Shown here one piece after another: positions 51,800 to 62,126 of a DNA stretch of 64,000 nucleotides. Position 1 is the stretch's first letter. Every line of letters starts with the position of its first letter. Made by a program: the position numbers and the translations under genes. This stretch comes from a virus (Duplodnaviria > Caudoviricetes): IMG/VR virus record IMGVR_UViG_3300028833_000053; one strand, written 5' to 3'. The notes below the pieces were generated by a model. It was not told where the DNA came from and ran no database searches. It was given only the letters and a program-made list of their open reading frames with translations.

Positions 51800-52213
51800 A
51801 TGAAGAAAAAGGCTTTTACAAATCCGAGGGGCATACCCTACTCCAACGATGTTGCTTGCAACCCAGCTCTGTTACATTGGCACAAGAGCGGCTACAAGAA
51901 CATCTATTCGGTGCATATCAAGTACCGCATCCCAAGAACGGACGTTGATGGCATAACGACATTCAAGGACAAGGTTTTCAAGCTGGACTATGGGAAGCAT
52001 CATCTTGCCATGCTCCGCTACAACATAGAGTCAAGCACTTCCACAACTCCGCAGAAGTGGTTGCTTGACGAGATTCAGATTTTGGTGCAGACCTACCACA
52101 ACACCAAGATGGTGCATGAGGAATCCCTTTGCCGTAGGGGCTTTGGAACTCAGGCAAGGTGGGAGGGAAAGTATCCGAGGAACCGAGTGGCGGAGGAACT
52201 GGACGATGAGTAA
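51800..52213 (+). CDS. Hypothetical protein
   Basis: Starts just after the promoter. Confidence 0.65.
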   Translation: MKKKAFTNPRGIPYSNDVACNPALLHWHKSGYKNIYSVHIKYRIPRTDVDGITTFKDKVFKLDYGKHHLAMLRYNIESSTSTTPQKWLLDEIQILVQTYHNTKMVHEESLCRRGFGTQARWEGKYPRNRVAEELDDE

Positions 52214-53147
52214 GAAGAGCAAGAAGCGCAATGGCGAGAAGTACATCAAGTGCGTCGAGACCATACCCCCGGAGGAATATGAGAAGATTCCCATTTTCCA
52301 GAGCATCATGCAGCTCTACCATGAATACAAGCCCCAACATTGCAAGGGCGATGACTTGAACTTCGTGTTCCAATTTGGCAATGACGTGAAGGAGCATGAG
52401 TTCCGCGAGATTTGCTGCAGTCCAAATGTTTTCAAGGACAGTTGGAGTTATGCCACCGTCTTGATGGGGGTGAAGTTGATTTACTCCGATGGGACGTGGG
52501 AGTATGGCTTCAAGTATTGGAAAGAGAGGGGCATTGTCCAACGCAAGAATTCCGTCCTTCGTTCCCTGTACACCCTCTCAGGTGTCATAAACGAGGAAAG
52601 AAAGGTCTTGGAGGACTGCATGGGATATGACGGCGACACCAGGATTCCTGCGTGGATTCAAGCCATGATTCCCATGTACAACGAGCGCATACGCGATGGT
52701 GTGCAGAACAAGGACAAGTCCATTGAGACGGATGACTACACCCTTTCAGATTTCGCCAAACTGTGCGACACAATTGATTCAAGTTTCGTCACCGAGAACG
52801 CGAAGTACCAGGAAGTTGAGTTGAAAACGGGCAATGTGAAGATGCCCATTGGTCTGTCCTTCAACAAGCAGGACTGGTGGGTTCCGCTCACAACAACTTG
52901 GAAGGACAAGATTTGCATCAACGAATGGGGGGAGGCTTCCACTATGATTGACCATACGCAGGTTATGGTGAACGCCTACCGCTACCTTAAGTCAATTTAC
53001 GTTGACCGCGAGACGCATCGGCGAGTCTATAGCGTGTTTCCCCTGTCGGACCTTTTTTCCATCAGGAAGCGCATTTGGGGAGAAAAGGGGCGCGAGTTTG
53101 AGGAAGTTTGGAACAACCTTGACCAGGCCGTAGCGGGGAATCTGTGA
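52206..53147 (+). CDS. Paralog family B, member 1
   Basis: YSDGTWEY, RYLKSIY, EVWNNLD. Confidence 0.75.
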   Translation: MSKKSKKRNGEKYIKCVETIPPEEYEKIPIFQSIMQLYHEYKPQHCKGDDLNFVFQFGNDVKEHEFREICCSPNVFKDSWSYATVLMGVKLIYSDGTWEYGFKYWKERGIVQRKNSVLRSLYTLSGVINEERKVLEDCMGYDGDTRIPAWIQAMIPMYNERIRDGVQNKDKSIETDDYTLSDFAKLCDTIDSSFVTENAKYQEVELKTGNVKMPIGLSFNKQDWWVPLTTTWKDKICINEWGEASTMIDHTQVMVNAYRYLKSIYVDRETHRRVYSVFPLSDLFSIRKRIWGEKGREFEEVWNNLDQAVAGNL

Positions 53148-54028
53148 TGGCGAAGTTCAAATCCATAGCGCATATCAAGGACATAGACCTTGGGCATGAG
53201 TTCAAGTCGCCCTTGATGAACAGCATCGTCGAGAAGGTTGGCTGCCGGGACAATGCAACTCAATTCACTTTCCGTTTCATGGAGGATGGAGAGTTCGTGG
53301 AGCGGGTGGTACGCAGTTTCCACACCTATCCTCAGTATCTCCCATGGGCTACCAGACGTTTTGGAACTTGCGATATGATGTCTCCCGTCATAATCCAATA
53401 CAAGGATGGCACCGAGGAATACGCCTTGAAGGAAACCTACAAGCGGAAAATCTACAAAAAGCCCAAGTTGGTGTCTGCATACATACACGATGGTCTGTGG
53501 AACGGCATGATGAATAAGTGGGTGAATCCACAGTCTGTTTATTGCGACTCATATCCTGTTCCAGAGGTTATGGAGAAAATGTCGCGTTGGAATGAGAGGG
53601 TTGAACGTGCCATGGTAAGTGGGGATGACCCAGCCATAGAGGGACGTACTGGCTGCTCTTATGAATTGCTCAAAACCATGAGCTGGTGGATGCTGGCGGA
53701 TTCCCGTGGCAGGGGAACGGGATGCATTGAGTATGACACGAAGAACCCCGATCCATTTTGTAAAGTACGGGTTGAAAGGCGCAGATACCTCGGCGCTCCG
53801 AAGGAAAACCACCTTTGGGACGGTTACCCTCCCGTGTTCACGACGATGATACGGAGACGTTATTTGAAGTCATTTTACAGGGAGGTTGTGGAGGAGAAGC
53901 AGGCTATTAGGCTTCACCACATAGACGATCTTCTGAACGTGGAGATTGGTGGACGCTATCAGGAGGAGGAACCGCTGGAGGTCTGGAATTCCCTTGATGC
54001 CACCATACACGAGGGTGTTTACGAATGA
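53144..54028 (+). CDS. Paralog family B, member 2
   Basis: YKDGTEEY, RYLKSFY, EVWNSLD. Confidence 0.75.
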   Translation: MMAKFKSIAHIKDIDLGHEFKSPLMNSIVEKVGCRDNATQFTFRFMEDGEFVERVVRSFHTYPQYLPWATRRFGTCDMMSPVIIQYKDGTEEYALKETYKRKIYKKPKLVSAYIHDGLWNGMMNKWVNPQSVYCDSYPVPEVMEKMSRWNERVERAMVSGDDPAIEGRTGCSYELLKTMSWWMLADSRGRGTGCIEYDTKNPDPFCKVRVERRRYLGAPKENHLWDGYPPVFTTMIRRRYLKSFYREVVEEKQAIRLHHIDDLLNVEIGGRYQEEEPLEVWNSLDATIHEGVYE

Positions 54029-54080
54029 GCCAAAAACTGGTATACTGTATTGGATAAACCATCAAGGAGAAAGAAAAGGC

Positions 54081-54533
54081 ATGAAATTGTTTGACGAGTT
54101 CAAGGTTCAGAAGCCGGAAAGCCAATCCGAACACTACGAACTGTACGTGGAGGGTGATTGGAACGATGCCGACTACGTGAACAGGAAGGAGAGAATCGAG
54201 AAGGATGTCCTTGAGAACGATGACTACCTTCTCTACTTCATTTCCTACATTTCCACATGGAGTGGGTGCAGGTGGGGCGCAGAGGACAAGAGGTTCAACG
54301 AGACGGATGACTGGAAGAAGTTCTTCGAGGATTCCGACATCGGATGGGATTACCTGCCAAGCGGATATGATTGCTCCATCCACACGGTGACCAAGGTGAA
54401 ACTTGAATTCGTCTCCGGAACAACCCGCTACCCGGTCAGCGTCCCAAGTTGGGGTTGTTTGTTCAAGGGCAAGGACGACAAGGAAAAGAAAGTGCTTGAA
54501 GCGAAAGAGAAGGACGAAAATGGAGAATACTGA
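54081..54533 (+). CDS. Hypothetical phage protein (GDWNDADY motif)
   Basis: TATACT at about 54041 and SD upstream. Confidence 0.7.
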   Translation: MKLFDEFKVQKPESQSEHYELYVEGDWNDADYVNRKERIEKDVLENDDYLLYFISYISTWSGCRWGAEDKRFNETDDWKKFFEDSDIGWDYLPSGYDCSIHTVTKVKLEFVSGTTRYPVSVPSWGCLFKGKDDKEKKVLEAKEKDENGEY

Positions 54534-54762
54534 AATGGAAGACGAGAAGATAACTTCTCCCATCAAGGCTATACGAGCCAAGTGTCTGGATTGTTGCTGC
54601 GACCAGCGCGATGAGGTGAAACTTTGCCCCGCAACAACGTGTCCCCTGTGGCCGTTCCGAATGGGCAAGAACCCCAACCGTTCGCGCAACATGACGGACG
54701 AGCAGCGTCAGGCCGCCAAGGAGCGTCTGGCAAAGGCAAGGGCCGCCAAGAAAAATTCTTGA
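54520..54762 (+). CDS. Small Cys-rich protein
   Basis: AIRAKCLDCC...C....CPLWPFRMG. Confidence 0.7.
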   Translation: MENTEMEDEKITSPIKAIRAKCLDCCCDQRDEVKLCPATTCPLWPFRMGKNPNRSRNMTDEQRQAAKERLAKARAAKKNS

Positions 54763-54769
54763 TACCCTC

Positions 54770-54798
54770 TTGACATCCGAACCAAGGTTTGATATACT
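54770..54798 (+). promoter_or_regulatory. Sigma-70 early promoter
   Basis: TTGACA-N17-TATACT. Confidence 0.8.
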
Positions 54799-54829
54799 GA
54801 TTGCGTTTTGAAAAACAACCAATAGGAGA

Positions 54830-56265
54830 ATGAAACCAATGGACGAAATCTGGAAATCCGCACCAGTCCTGTGCGAGTTGAAGCGGAGTTCAACTCCGCG
54901 AATCAGCAAAGTGCCGTGCGACAAGGCAACAGCTCTTGTTGAGAAGTGCTTTGACTACAAGTTCACCGGCGAGTCAAAGGTGTTTCCCTTTGAGGTTCCG
55001 AAGGAGTTGCTTGACCTGGATGTGAACATCATCCAAATCTACGGTCCCTCCGGCGCTGGCAAGTCCACTTTCCTCACTGCCTTCCAGAAGGCCGGCTGGC
55101 ATTTCCCCAAGAGGGAGTATGACAATTCCAAGTCAATCATTTCCAACTTCATTGAGAATCCCAAGGCCGGGTCGAGGGCGTTCAACGCAGTTGGTCTGCG
55201 TTCCAAGCCGCTTTGGTGCAAGCCGCGCAACGTCTTGTCCACCGGCGAGGGCTTCCGCGCCGACATGGCGTTGAACCTTGAATCAAACGTCATGATTGAC
55301 GAGTACACCTCCGTTATCAACCGCGAGGTTGCCAAGTCCGCTTCCTTCAGCATTGGGAAGCACGTCCGCAAGATGGGGTACAAGAACGTCATCCTTTGTG
55401 GTTGCCACAAGGACATTGTGGAGTACCTGAAGCCCGACATCCTTGTTGACCTTGAGACCGAGAAAGTCTATGACTTGCGAGGGTTCAGCCTGGGAAAAAC
55501 ATCGACCTCTCCTTCGAGCAAATTGAGGGCGCGGAGCGGAAGCGAGAGGTCTGGAAAATTTTTGCTCCGCATCACTATTTGAGCCACGGAATCAACCTTG
55601 GCGCGGATTGCTGGGTGTTGAAATGGGGTGATGCCCTTGTTGGGTTCTGTGCGGTCCGCGTCCACCCTTCGGGAACCATGAACTTCGCACGTTCCATCCA
55701 CAGGCTTGTCATTCTCCCCGACTTCCAGGGGCTGGGCGTTGGAACCCGTTTCCTTGAGGAGATTTGCAAGATCTACGTCAACCGTGGAATCAAGGTGCAT
55801 ATCCGCACGGCGCACGAAAGCCTGGGCATCCACATGGGACACACTCCCACATGGAGGGCAACGGGCAGGAATGGAAAGCAGGGCGCGATTTCCAATGGCA
55901 AGATCAACGGCAAGAACCAGAACATGTACATCGTGAACTCCACAAGGTATTCATACGAGTACATGGGCGAGGATTGGGCGTTGCCCCACAAGGAAATTGT
56001 TGTGGATTCGCTTTCCAACATCGACATCAACGAGATGCGCAAGATGCTTGTGGAGTTGAAGAAGCACAACTACGTCACGGTGGTGCATAGCCGTGTGCGT
56101 GAAACCACAGCGTTGAACAAGCTGTGTTGCGAACTTGGAATCCGCACCGAGCTGCTTTACCTCAACAACCACGAGAAATCCGTGTTGAATGGAAAGCACC
56201 GTGGGAAGATGAAGCTTGTTTCGCTGAAGCCTGGGCATAAGCCCGTCTACAGGAAGGTGGCGTGA
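54830..56265 (+). CDS. ABC-type ATPase / GNAT acetyltransferase fusion via -1 frameshift at 55492-55498
   Basis: Walker A GPSGAGKST, signature LSTGE, Walker B MIDE, GCH; the -1 frame gives W..F..HHYL and RLVILPDFQGLGVG. Confidence 0.8.
55492..55551 (+). other. Programmed -1 ribosomal frameshift signal
   Basis: G_GGA_AAA heptamer, 5-nt spacer, stem GACCTCTC-CTTC / GAAG-C-GAGAGGTC. Confidence 0.75.
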
Positions 56266-56449
56266 TGCCATGCAGGTGTGGGAATTAACTGCCGACCTTA
56301 CACATCATCCATTGACTGAACCAGGAAAGAACTTCAGTGGGAAAACCGAGGTGAAAGTCGTTGTTGGGGAAAATGACTTGCCGATTGTCGAGTCAAAGTA
56401 TTCTCCCGAAAATGACACGTTGTATTTGATAGCAAAGGTGGTGTAAAAG

Positions 56450-56740
56450 ATGATGACCATAAAAGACGCAAAGAAAATTCTTGACGAGTTCGACGACAAC
56501 TACAACATGCCCGTACTGGGCAGGTTGTTTGAGGACTACAACCCCTATCTTGTGTCGGACGATTTCTACCTCTTCATGCGGGACATGAACTCCAAGGACT
56601 TAACCCTTGCGGAAATTTATGGTCATCTTGCCAACCTTGGTGACACGCAGGACGATCTTGGTCCGCATTTCATCCACAACCTTTGGGTGTTGATTGAGGC
56701 TCTGCAGAAACTTGATGAGAGGAAAGGAGACAGCAAATGA
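56450..56740 (+). CDS. Hypothetical protein
   Basis: Operon packing. Confidence 0.65.
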   Translation: MMTIKDAKKILDEFDDNYNMPVLGRLFEDYNPYLVSDDFYLFMRDMNSKDLTLAEIYGHLANLGDTQDDLGPHFIHNLWVLIEALQKLDERKGDSK

Positions 56741-56887
56741 CATTGGCCGCAGTTATCGTTTGGACAATTGGCGATATACTCGCTTTGGGCATTCTTGCCG
56801 TAATTGCGTTGCTCCTGGTTTGCTGCCTTGTCAAGGAACTTGCTTGCAGTGCGTGGAACAAGATAAAGGGAATGTTTGGGAGGGACA

Positions 56888-57376
56888 ATGAAAGTTCTGT
56901 TTCTTGACATAGACGGGGTTCTCAATTGCATGTGTCCTGCGCCTTTGCAGGACAACAACGATTGGATTGACCTTGACGAGTGGCGTTACGGGTTCAATCC
57001 AGATCTTGTGGCGAGGCTCCGCTATGTCATTGCGAACACGGACTGCAAGATTGTCATATCCTCATCGTGGAGACACCACGTCAACTATGCCCCATACCGG
57101 CCCGACATGAACTGGCGTGACGTGTTGGCTGAAAAGTTGAGGCGCACAAGGGATGAAATCATCGTCGGCGAGACCCCATCCGATCCAAAGGGTCAGAGGG
57201 GAAGGGAAATAGCGGAGTGGCTCAAGACGCATGAGGTTGAAACGTTTTGCGTTGTTGACGATGAAGTGGTTGACATTCTTCCATACATTGAAAATGCCAA
57301 TGTTGTCAAGACGGACATGACAATCGGCTTGACAATTGAGGATGCAAGGCGTATAATAAATGTGTTGAACAGATAA
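56888..57376 (+). CDS. HAD-family phosphatase (RNA-repair-associated type)
   Basis: FLDIDGVLN, ISSSWR, RGREI..WL, VVDD. Confidence 0.82.
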   Translation: MKVLFLDIDGVLNCMCPAPLQDNNDWIDLDEWRYGFNPDLVARLRYVIANTDCKIVISSSWRHHVNYAPYRPDMNWRDVLAEKLRRTRDEIIVGETPSDPKGQRGREIAEWLKTHEVETFCVVDDEVVDILPYIENANVVKTDMTIGLTIEDARRIINVLNR

Positions 57377-57397
57377 GAAAGACAAAGGAGACACAGA

Positions 57398-57667
57398 ATG
57401 AAAACTGAATTGCCGAAGGTTGAGAGAATGACAGACCGCGAGAAGAAGGTGGTTGAATGGGCGTTCAACTTCGCACATTCCATTGTGGCGGGCGACTTCG
57501 GTCTGCCCAGTCCCATGTGCTATACCATGAACAACCTACAGGACGCCGTACATGCCTTGGCGGACGAACGTGGAATGACTGTTGAAGATGGATGCTCCAC
57601 GGACTACCTTGCGTTCAACCGAGGGTATTGGGATGGTGTTGAGGAAAGGTTGAGGGGAAAGAAATGA
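57398..57667 (+). CDS. Hypothetical protein
   Basis: SD AAGGAG. Confidence 0.65.
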   Translation: MKTELPKVERMTDREKKVVEWAFNFAHSIVAGDFGLPSPMCYTMNNLQDAVHALADERGMTVEDGCSTDYLAFNRGYWDGVEERLRGKK

Positions 57668-57978
57668 AACTCTATCACGTCACCAATCCAGAGAACGTAG
57701 ATTCCATTTTGAAGAATGGTTTGTTGCGTTGCCATGGGGATCATAAATCCTCTTTCATCTGCTTGTCGGAAGATCCAGACAGTTGGATTCACGAAGGGCT
57801 TGTCTTACTGGAGGTTGACGTTGATGGGTTGAAATGCAGAATGACAACTTGGAAGTATGATCAAGAGTACCCGATTGACGAGGTTTGTGTTTGGGGTGAC
57901 ATTCTCCCGGAGAGAATAAAGGCAGTGAATTTGGAGAACAAAAATGACAAGACAGGAAGCGAACAGGCAGATAGTTGA
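57664..57978 (+). CDS. ADP-ribosyltransferase-fold (KptA/DUF952-like) protein
   Basis: LYHVT...SILKNGL, ICLS, VLLEVD, I.PE.I. Confidence 0.6.
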   Translation: MKLYHVTNPENVDSILKNGLLRCHGDHKSSFICLSEDPDSWIHEGLVLLEVDVDGLKCRMTTWKYDQEYPIDEVCVWGDILPERIKAVNLENKNDKTGSEQADS

Positions 57979-58122
57979 GGCTATCAAGGACATGGTTGAA
58001 CTTTATCCCGACATGAGGTTTCACCAACTTCTTCAGAACATGGGGGTTGAGCAACCTGTGATTGACCAGTGGTACGAGGAATCGGATGAGACTTTGTGCA
58101 ACATGAAGAAAGGGATGAAGCT

Positions 58123-58473
58123 ATGAGCGAGAAAATTGAACTGGAAAAGACGATAGTGAGAATGGGTGCGTCCCCGTGTTTTGGCATCATCCACTATAAC
58201 GAGGACAATGACACCAATGAATACTTCGCGGGGTTTTTCAATGAAGTGGAGTGCATTGGGACGGAGGAAGAGTGCCAGTGCTGGGAAATGGAGGAATGGG
58301 TGGACAACCAGGACGTCGCCCTTTTCTTCTCCACGCCAGACGAGGCAAAGGCATGGCTTGCGAACATTGATGAGGAAAAGCAGCCCAACTGCAAAATCAT
58401 GTTGTATGGGTATTGCGAAAAGCCAGGATTTGACGGTTGCCACTATTTTCCGTTGAAGGAGTTCAAGGTATGA
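58123..58473 (+). CDS. Hypothetical protein
   Basis: Coupled ATGA overlap. Confidence 0.6.
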   Translation: MSEKIELEKTIVRMGASPCFGIIHYNEDNDTNEYFAGFFNEVECIGTEEECQCWEMEEWVDNQDVALFFSTPDEAKAWLANIDEEKQPNCKIMLYGYCEKPGFDGCHYFPLKEFKV

Positions 58474-58787
58474 CGAATTTTCAGCCATTCAAGGACAAGA
58501 TTTGGGAGACCGCCCGTGATGGGGACAAGTCCGAGTTTGACCGTGCCTGCGAAGACCTAATGAAGAAGGCCGTTGAAGATTTATTCAGAGTTGGGTGGAA
58601 CATCTATCCCCAGAAGATTGAGGATGTCTATGAACTTCTGGACAACGTGGCCGAGTGGTCTCACGAAAGGTGGAAAGAAGCCATGGAGTGCGGTGACGCT
58701 CCCTATGAGGACGTTTCACCCGGTGAGGGGTTTCTGCTAGTCAAGAAGGTGATTCAGGAAGCCATCGGTGGCAAGAAAGAGGAATGA
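58470..58787 (+). CDS. Hypothetical protein
   Basis: Coupled ATGA overlap. Confidence 0.6.
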   Translation: MTNFQPFKDKIWETARDGDKSEFDRACEDLMKKAVEDLFRVGWNIYPQKIEDVYELLDNVAEWSHERWKEAMECGDAPYEDVSPGEGFLLVKKVIQEAIGGKKEE

Positions 58788-59425
58788 GCAGGTTTTGGGT
58801 ATATTTCAAGCGGATATTCAACATCCAGATTCAGGAGAACCAGGGCTTTCTCCTGTTTTCTTCTGCAATTTCCGGTTTGATATACACCTATTCCAATCCA
58901 CCCATAGTCAAGGAAATCATATCCAAGCTGCCGGCCCAGTACATTTCGTTTGAGGGTGCGTGGTTCTGCATGTCCGCTCTCGTCATTGGCGCGATATGGA
59001 AGAACAAGACAAGGGAATTCGCCATGAAGTTCTTTACATGGCTTGCATTGACGGAATCCCTTGGAAGTTTTCTTCTTTCAATCTACCTTGTGTTCGTCAG
59101 CTACAACGTGTGGGTGTTTGCAATTTTGACTTTGCTTTACGCCAGCATTGTCACCACGTTCATCGGCAAGTGCATAATGATGTTCCAGTCAAAGTTGTGG
59201 AACGGCAAGGAGAGGGAAATGTACGACAACACCGCGTCCATATTCAGAAACGGTGTTGCGATGGTTGGATTTGCCCTTGCCATAATAGCCATGCCATCCT
59301 TGAACAATGCGATTCTGCTATGGGGAATTGGATGCGTGTTCGACGACATCGGGTGGATAATAGTGTATAATAGAACTAGGGAGAGATTGATTGAACTGGG
59401 AGTGAATGAAGATGAGTCAGCTTAA
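58784..59425 (+). CDS. Multi-pass membrane protein (half-MFS-like)
   Basis: About 6 hydrophobic segments. Confidence 0.7.
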   Translation: MSRFWVYFKRIFNIQIQENQGFLLFSSAISGLIYTYSNPPIVKEIISKLPAQYISFEGAWFCMSALVIGAIWKNKTREFAMKFFTWLALTESLGSFLLSIYLVFVSYNVWVFAILTLLYASIVTTFIGKCIMMFQSKLWNGKEREMYDNTASIFRNGVAMVGFALAIIAMPSLNNAILLWGIGCVFDDIGWIIVYNRTRERLIELGVNEDESA

Positions 59426-59834
59426 GATTAAAGACGGGATTTTGTGCGTCAAGGATTTCAACAAGACCAACAAGAAAATGGAAACGGGTGACGATGGAAT
59501 AGTCTACTGCAACTACATTCCAATGACGCTTTCGGAAGAGGAATGGAAGAAGCGAGAGAGGGAGTTCCGAGCCAACAAGACCTATGCGAAGGTTTCCTTG
59601 CAGCACCCAAATCCCAGATACCGTGGGAAGCGCGGAATCATCTGGGAGACATACTTTCTCAATGGGAACGAGCAGTGTCTGCTTGAAATCGAGACGGTGA
59701 ACACAGTTAGCGAAGATGGATTTTCCACCTTGGTTGGTGTAGTGTATCCAAATGGCTACAACAAGATTTGGTTCCCGAAAGCCATACTGGAGAATTTCGA
59801 GAAGTACGATGAAAATGGAGACTTGGTGAAATGA
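59406..59834 (+). CDS. Hypothetical protein
   Basis: Operon packing. Confidence 0.6.
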   Translation: MKMSQLKIKDGILCVKDFNKTNKKMETGDDGIVYCNYIPMTLSEEEWKKREREFRANKTYAKVSLQHPNPRYRGKRGIIWETYFLNGNEQCLLEIETVNTVSEDGFSTLVGVVYPNGYNKIWFPKAILENFEKYDENGDLVK

Positions 59835-60064
59835 ACGTAGGTGAATTGAAAGAGGCGTTGAAGGTCGCGCCCGACGATATGCTTGTCAAGGTGTGCGTGA
59901 ACACTCCAGCGGGCTGGATTTGTCCAGATGGGTGCGCGATTGGCGTAAAGGCCGTCCATCATGGAATTGACTGGCATACGCACGAAATTTTGATTGTACC
60001 TGAATTCATGCTGGACATCCACGATGTTGAGGCTTGGGGAAAACCCGTGAAGGAGGAAGGTTGA
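59831..60064 (+). CDS. Hypothetical protein (MNVGELKEAL start)
   Basis: Coupled overlap. Confidence 0.6.
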   Translation: MNVGELKEALKVAPDDMLVKVCVNTPAGWICPDGCAIGVKAVHHGIDWHTHEILIVPEFMLDIHDVEAWGKPVKEEG

Positions 60065-60066
60065 AC

Positions 60067-60375
60067 ATGGAAACGGACTATGCGTACTACCAGGTCATGC
60101 GAAGCAGGAACAACGGTGACTTTTGGTCTAACTTGACTTCCGGGCAGGAATTGGATTGGGATGCGGCCAATTACTTTATGGACAAGGAACGGGAGAAGCA
60201 TCCATCCGACTGGTTGAGGTTGGTGAAGGTTCAAGCGACAACCATCAGGGACTACACGGGCAACGAGAAGAAGAAAAAGGACGTGTTCATGAATGGCATG
60301 ACCGCAGAGGAATACATCCGGAAAATCGAGGAAGCCCACGAAATCTCAAAGGGAAGCCAGTTGCGCTTTAAGTAA
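60067..60375 (+). CDS. Hypothetical protein
   Basis: SD upstream. Confidence 0.6.
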   Translation: METDYAYYQVMRSRNNGDFWSNLTSGQELDWDAANYFMDKEREKHPSDWLRLVKVQATTIRDYTGNEKKKKDVFMNGMTAEEYIRKIEEAHEISKGSQLRFK

Positions 60376-60389
60376 GAAAGGAAACTGAA

Positions 60390-60710
60390 ATGAATATTGA
60401 ATGGAAAGACGTTAAGGGAATCGTGTACGATCAGATGATTGAGTACATGAAGATGTTTTTGTATGAACAGAATTGCCCTGAGACTTGGAACCAGATAAGC
60501 GCGGGCTTGCATTGCATTGTTGCGACCTACAAGAAGAATGGAATCATTGCCGACTATATCGTGAAGTGCGATGACACGATTAACACCAATGAGGTGATTG
60601 ACAACAACGAGTTCCATTGCGTTTTGGGGTGGAAGGTCAATGCCACCGACGAGTTCACTCTTGTGAATTTTGTACTTTCCCCTGGTGGAATTTACGTAAA
60701 CGTCATTTGA
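60390..60710 (+). CDS. Stand-alone tail-sheath C-terminal-domain-like protein
   Basis: FLYEQN...TW..I...GII.DY.VKCD.TINT.EVIDNNEF. Confidence 0.65.
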   Translation: MNIEWKDVKGIVYDQMIEYMKMFLYEQNCPETWNQISAGLHCIVATYKKNGIIADYIVKCDDTINTNEVIDNNEFHCVLGWKVNATDEFTLVNFVLSPGGIYVNVI

Positions 60711-60720
60711 GGTTCAGAAC

Positions 60721-60945
60721 ATGACAATGTGTCTTTGGGCATTGGGGTCCGTTCTATACGTTGCTGTCGCAGTGATGTGCTTCAGGTTCTTGCGTAAGAC
60801 GAAGCAGCACATTTCGGAGAGCAAGCATTATCGCCGTCATCCCGAACAAATGGAGGAATTTGGTGGAACAATCACCGACGTGGTTGTTTCCGCCCTCTGG
60901 CCGCTTCAGGTAATCGGCTTTTTGTTCTATGGAATGAAGGGGTGA
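60721..60945 (+). CDS. Small membrane protein
   Basis: Two hydrophobic segments; LWP motif. Confidence 0.6.
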   Translation: MTMCLWALGSVLYVAVAVMCFRFLRKTKQHISESKHYRRHPEQMEEFGGTITDVVVSALWPLQVIGFLFYGMKG

Positions 60946-61000
60946 ACCCTGTACAAATTTGGGCGAAACTGGTATAATATGGGTGGAGAACATTTAAGAC

Positions 61001-62125
61001 ATGACTATTATCAGCAAGTACATTGACCCAGGGACAAAGAACCTTGCGATTGGCGAGGAAGATTGGACGGCGCTGAACGCGCAGTACGACAAGGATTTCA
61101 TAAAGGCTCAGATGATTGAGGAAATCCTTGGTGGCAACGTCAGGTTTCCCCACAACGACATAACCATTGAGGACGCCGCTGATGCGTTCCGCAAGTTGAT
61201 TGACTACAAGTGCCGGGATTTCCAAATCGGTCAGGTTATGACAAGGTACGAGTACCGCTATCCAATCGGCGACAAGTTCCTTGTTGACAGCACGGTTGGA
61301 AACGATGCCTCAAACTTCTTCCAGCAGGAGGCGCGTTCTTGGGCAAGTGGCCACGGAGACCCTTGTCCTCAGGACGTGTGGAAAAGCGAGAGGTACTTGA
61401 ACTCCGCCTTGAAGCCATTGTGGACGTTGAAGATGAAGAAGATAAACATGCACTCGTTCCATTCGGCGATTGCATTGAGAAGGTATTGGGCATCCCAGTT
61501 CCGTCCCGCTATGGCGAAGTCAATCTACGAGAAGTTCAACGCGGTTGACGTGCTTGACTTCAGCAGCGGTTGGGGTGACAGGCTTTGTGGATTTTACTCT
61601 TGCCAGAACACGCGCTCCTACATTGGCATCGACCCAAACAAGGCGGTCTATGACCAGTACTTCAAGCAGGTTGACTTGTACAAGACCATAATGCCCAACA
61701 AGACAACGACTTTCTACAATGCGCCCGCCGAGGAAGTCATACTTGAACCCGAAATCGTGGACACAGTTTTCACCTCACCGCCGTATTTCTGCGCCGAGAC
61801 CTATACTCAGGACGACACTCAGTCTTGGGTGAGATACAAGGAGCGCAACGATTGGCTCAAGGGCTTCATGTTCCCTACGTTGAACAACGTGTGGCGGGCG
61901 TTGAAGCCGGGTGGACATCTCATAGTGAACATTTCGGACGTCCACCGCAAGGGCAAGGTTCAACAGATTTGCGACCCGATGAACGAATACATCCGCGTCA
62001 TTCTCCACGGAACTCTGGTGGATTCGTTTGGGATGAAACTTGGTCAACGTCCGGCGTCTGGCGCGTACAAGGGAAAGACCGGCACTTGCGTGGAGCCGAT
62101 TTGGGCGTGGAGGAAAGAGGCTTGA
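61001..62125 (+). CDS. DNA amino-methyltransferase (SAM motif before SPPY)
   Basis: VLDFSSGWGDRL, GIDPN, FTSPPYF, LKPGG. Confidence 0.88.
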   Translation: MTIISKYIDPGTKNLAIGEEDWTALNAQYDKDFIKAQMIEEILGGNVRFPHNDITIEDAADAFRKLIDYKCRDFQIGQVMTRYEYRYPIGDKFLVDSTVGNDASNFFQQEARSWASGHGDPCPQDVWKSERYLNSALKPLWTLKMKKINMHSFHSAIALRRYWASQFRPAMAKSIYEKFNAVDVLDFSSGWGDRLCGFYSCQNTRSYIGIDPNKAVYDQYFKQVDLYKTIMPNKTTTFYNAPAEEVILEPEIVDTVFTSPPYFCAETYTQDDTQSWVRYKERNDWLKGFMFPTLNNVWRALKPGGHLIVNISDVHRKGKVQQICDPMNEYIRVILHGTLVDSFGMKLGQRPASGAYKGKTGTCVEPIWAWRKEA

Positions 62126-62126
62126 T

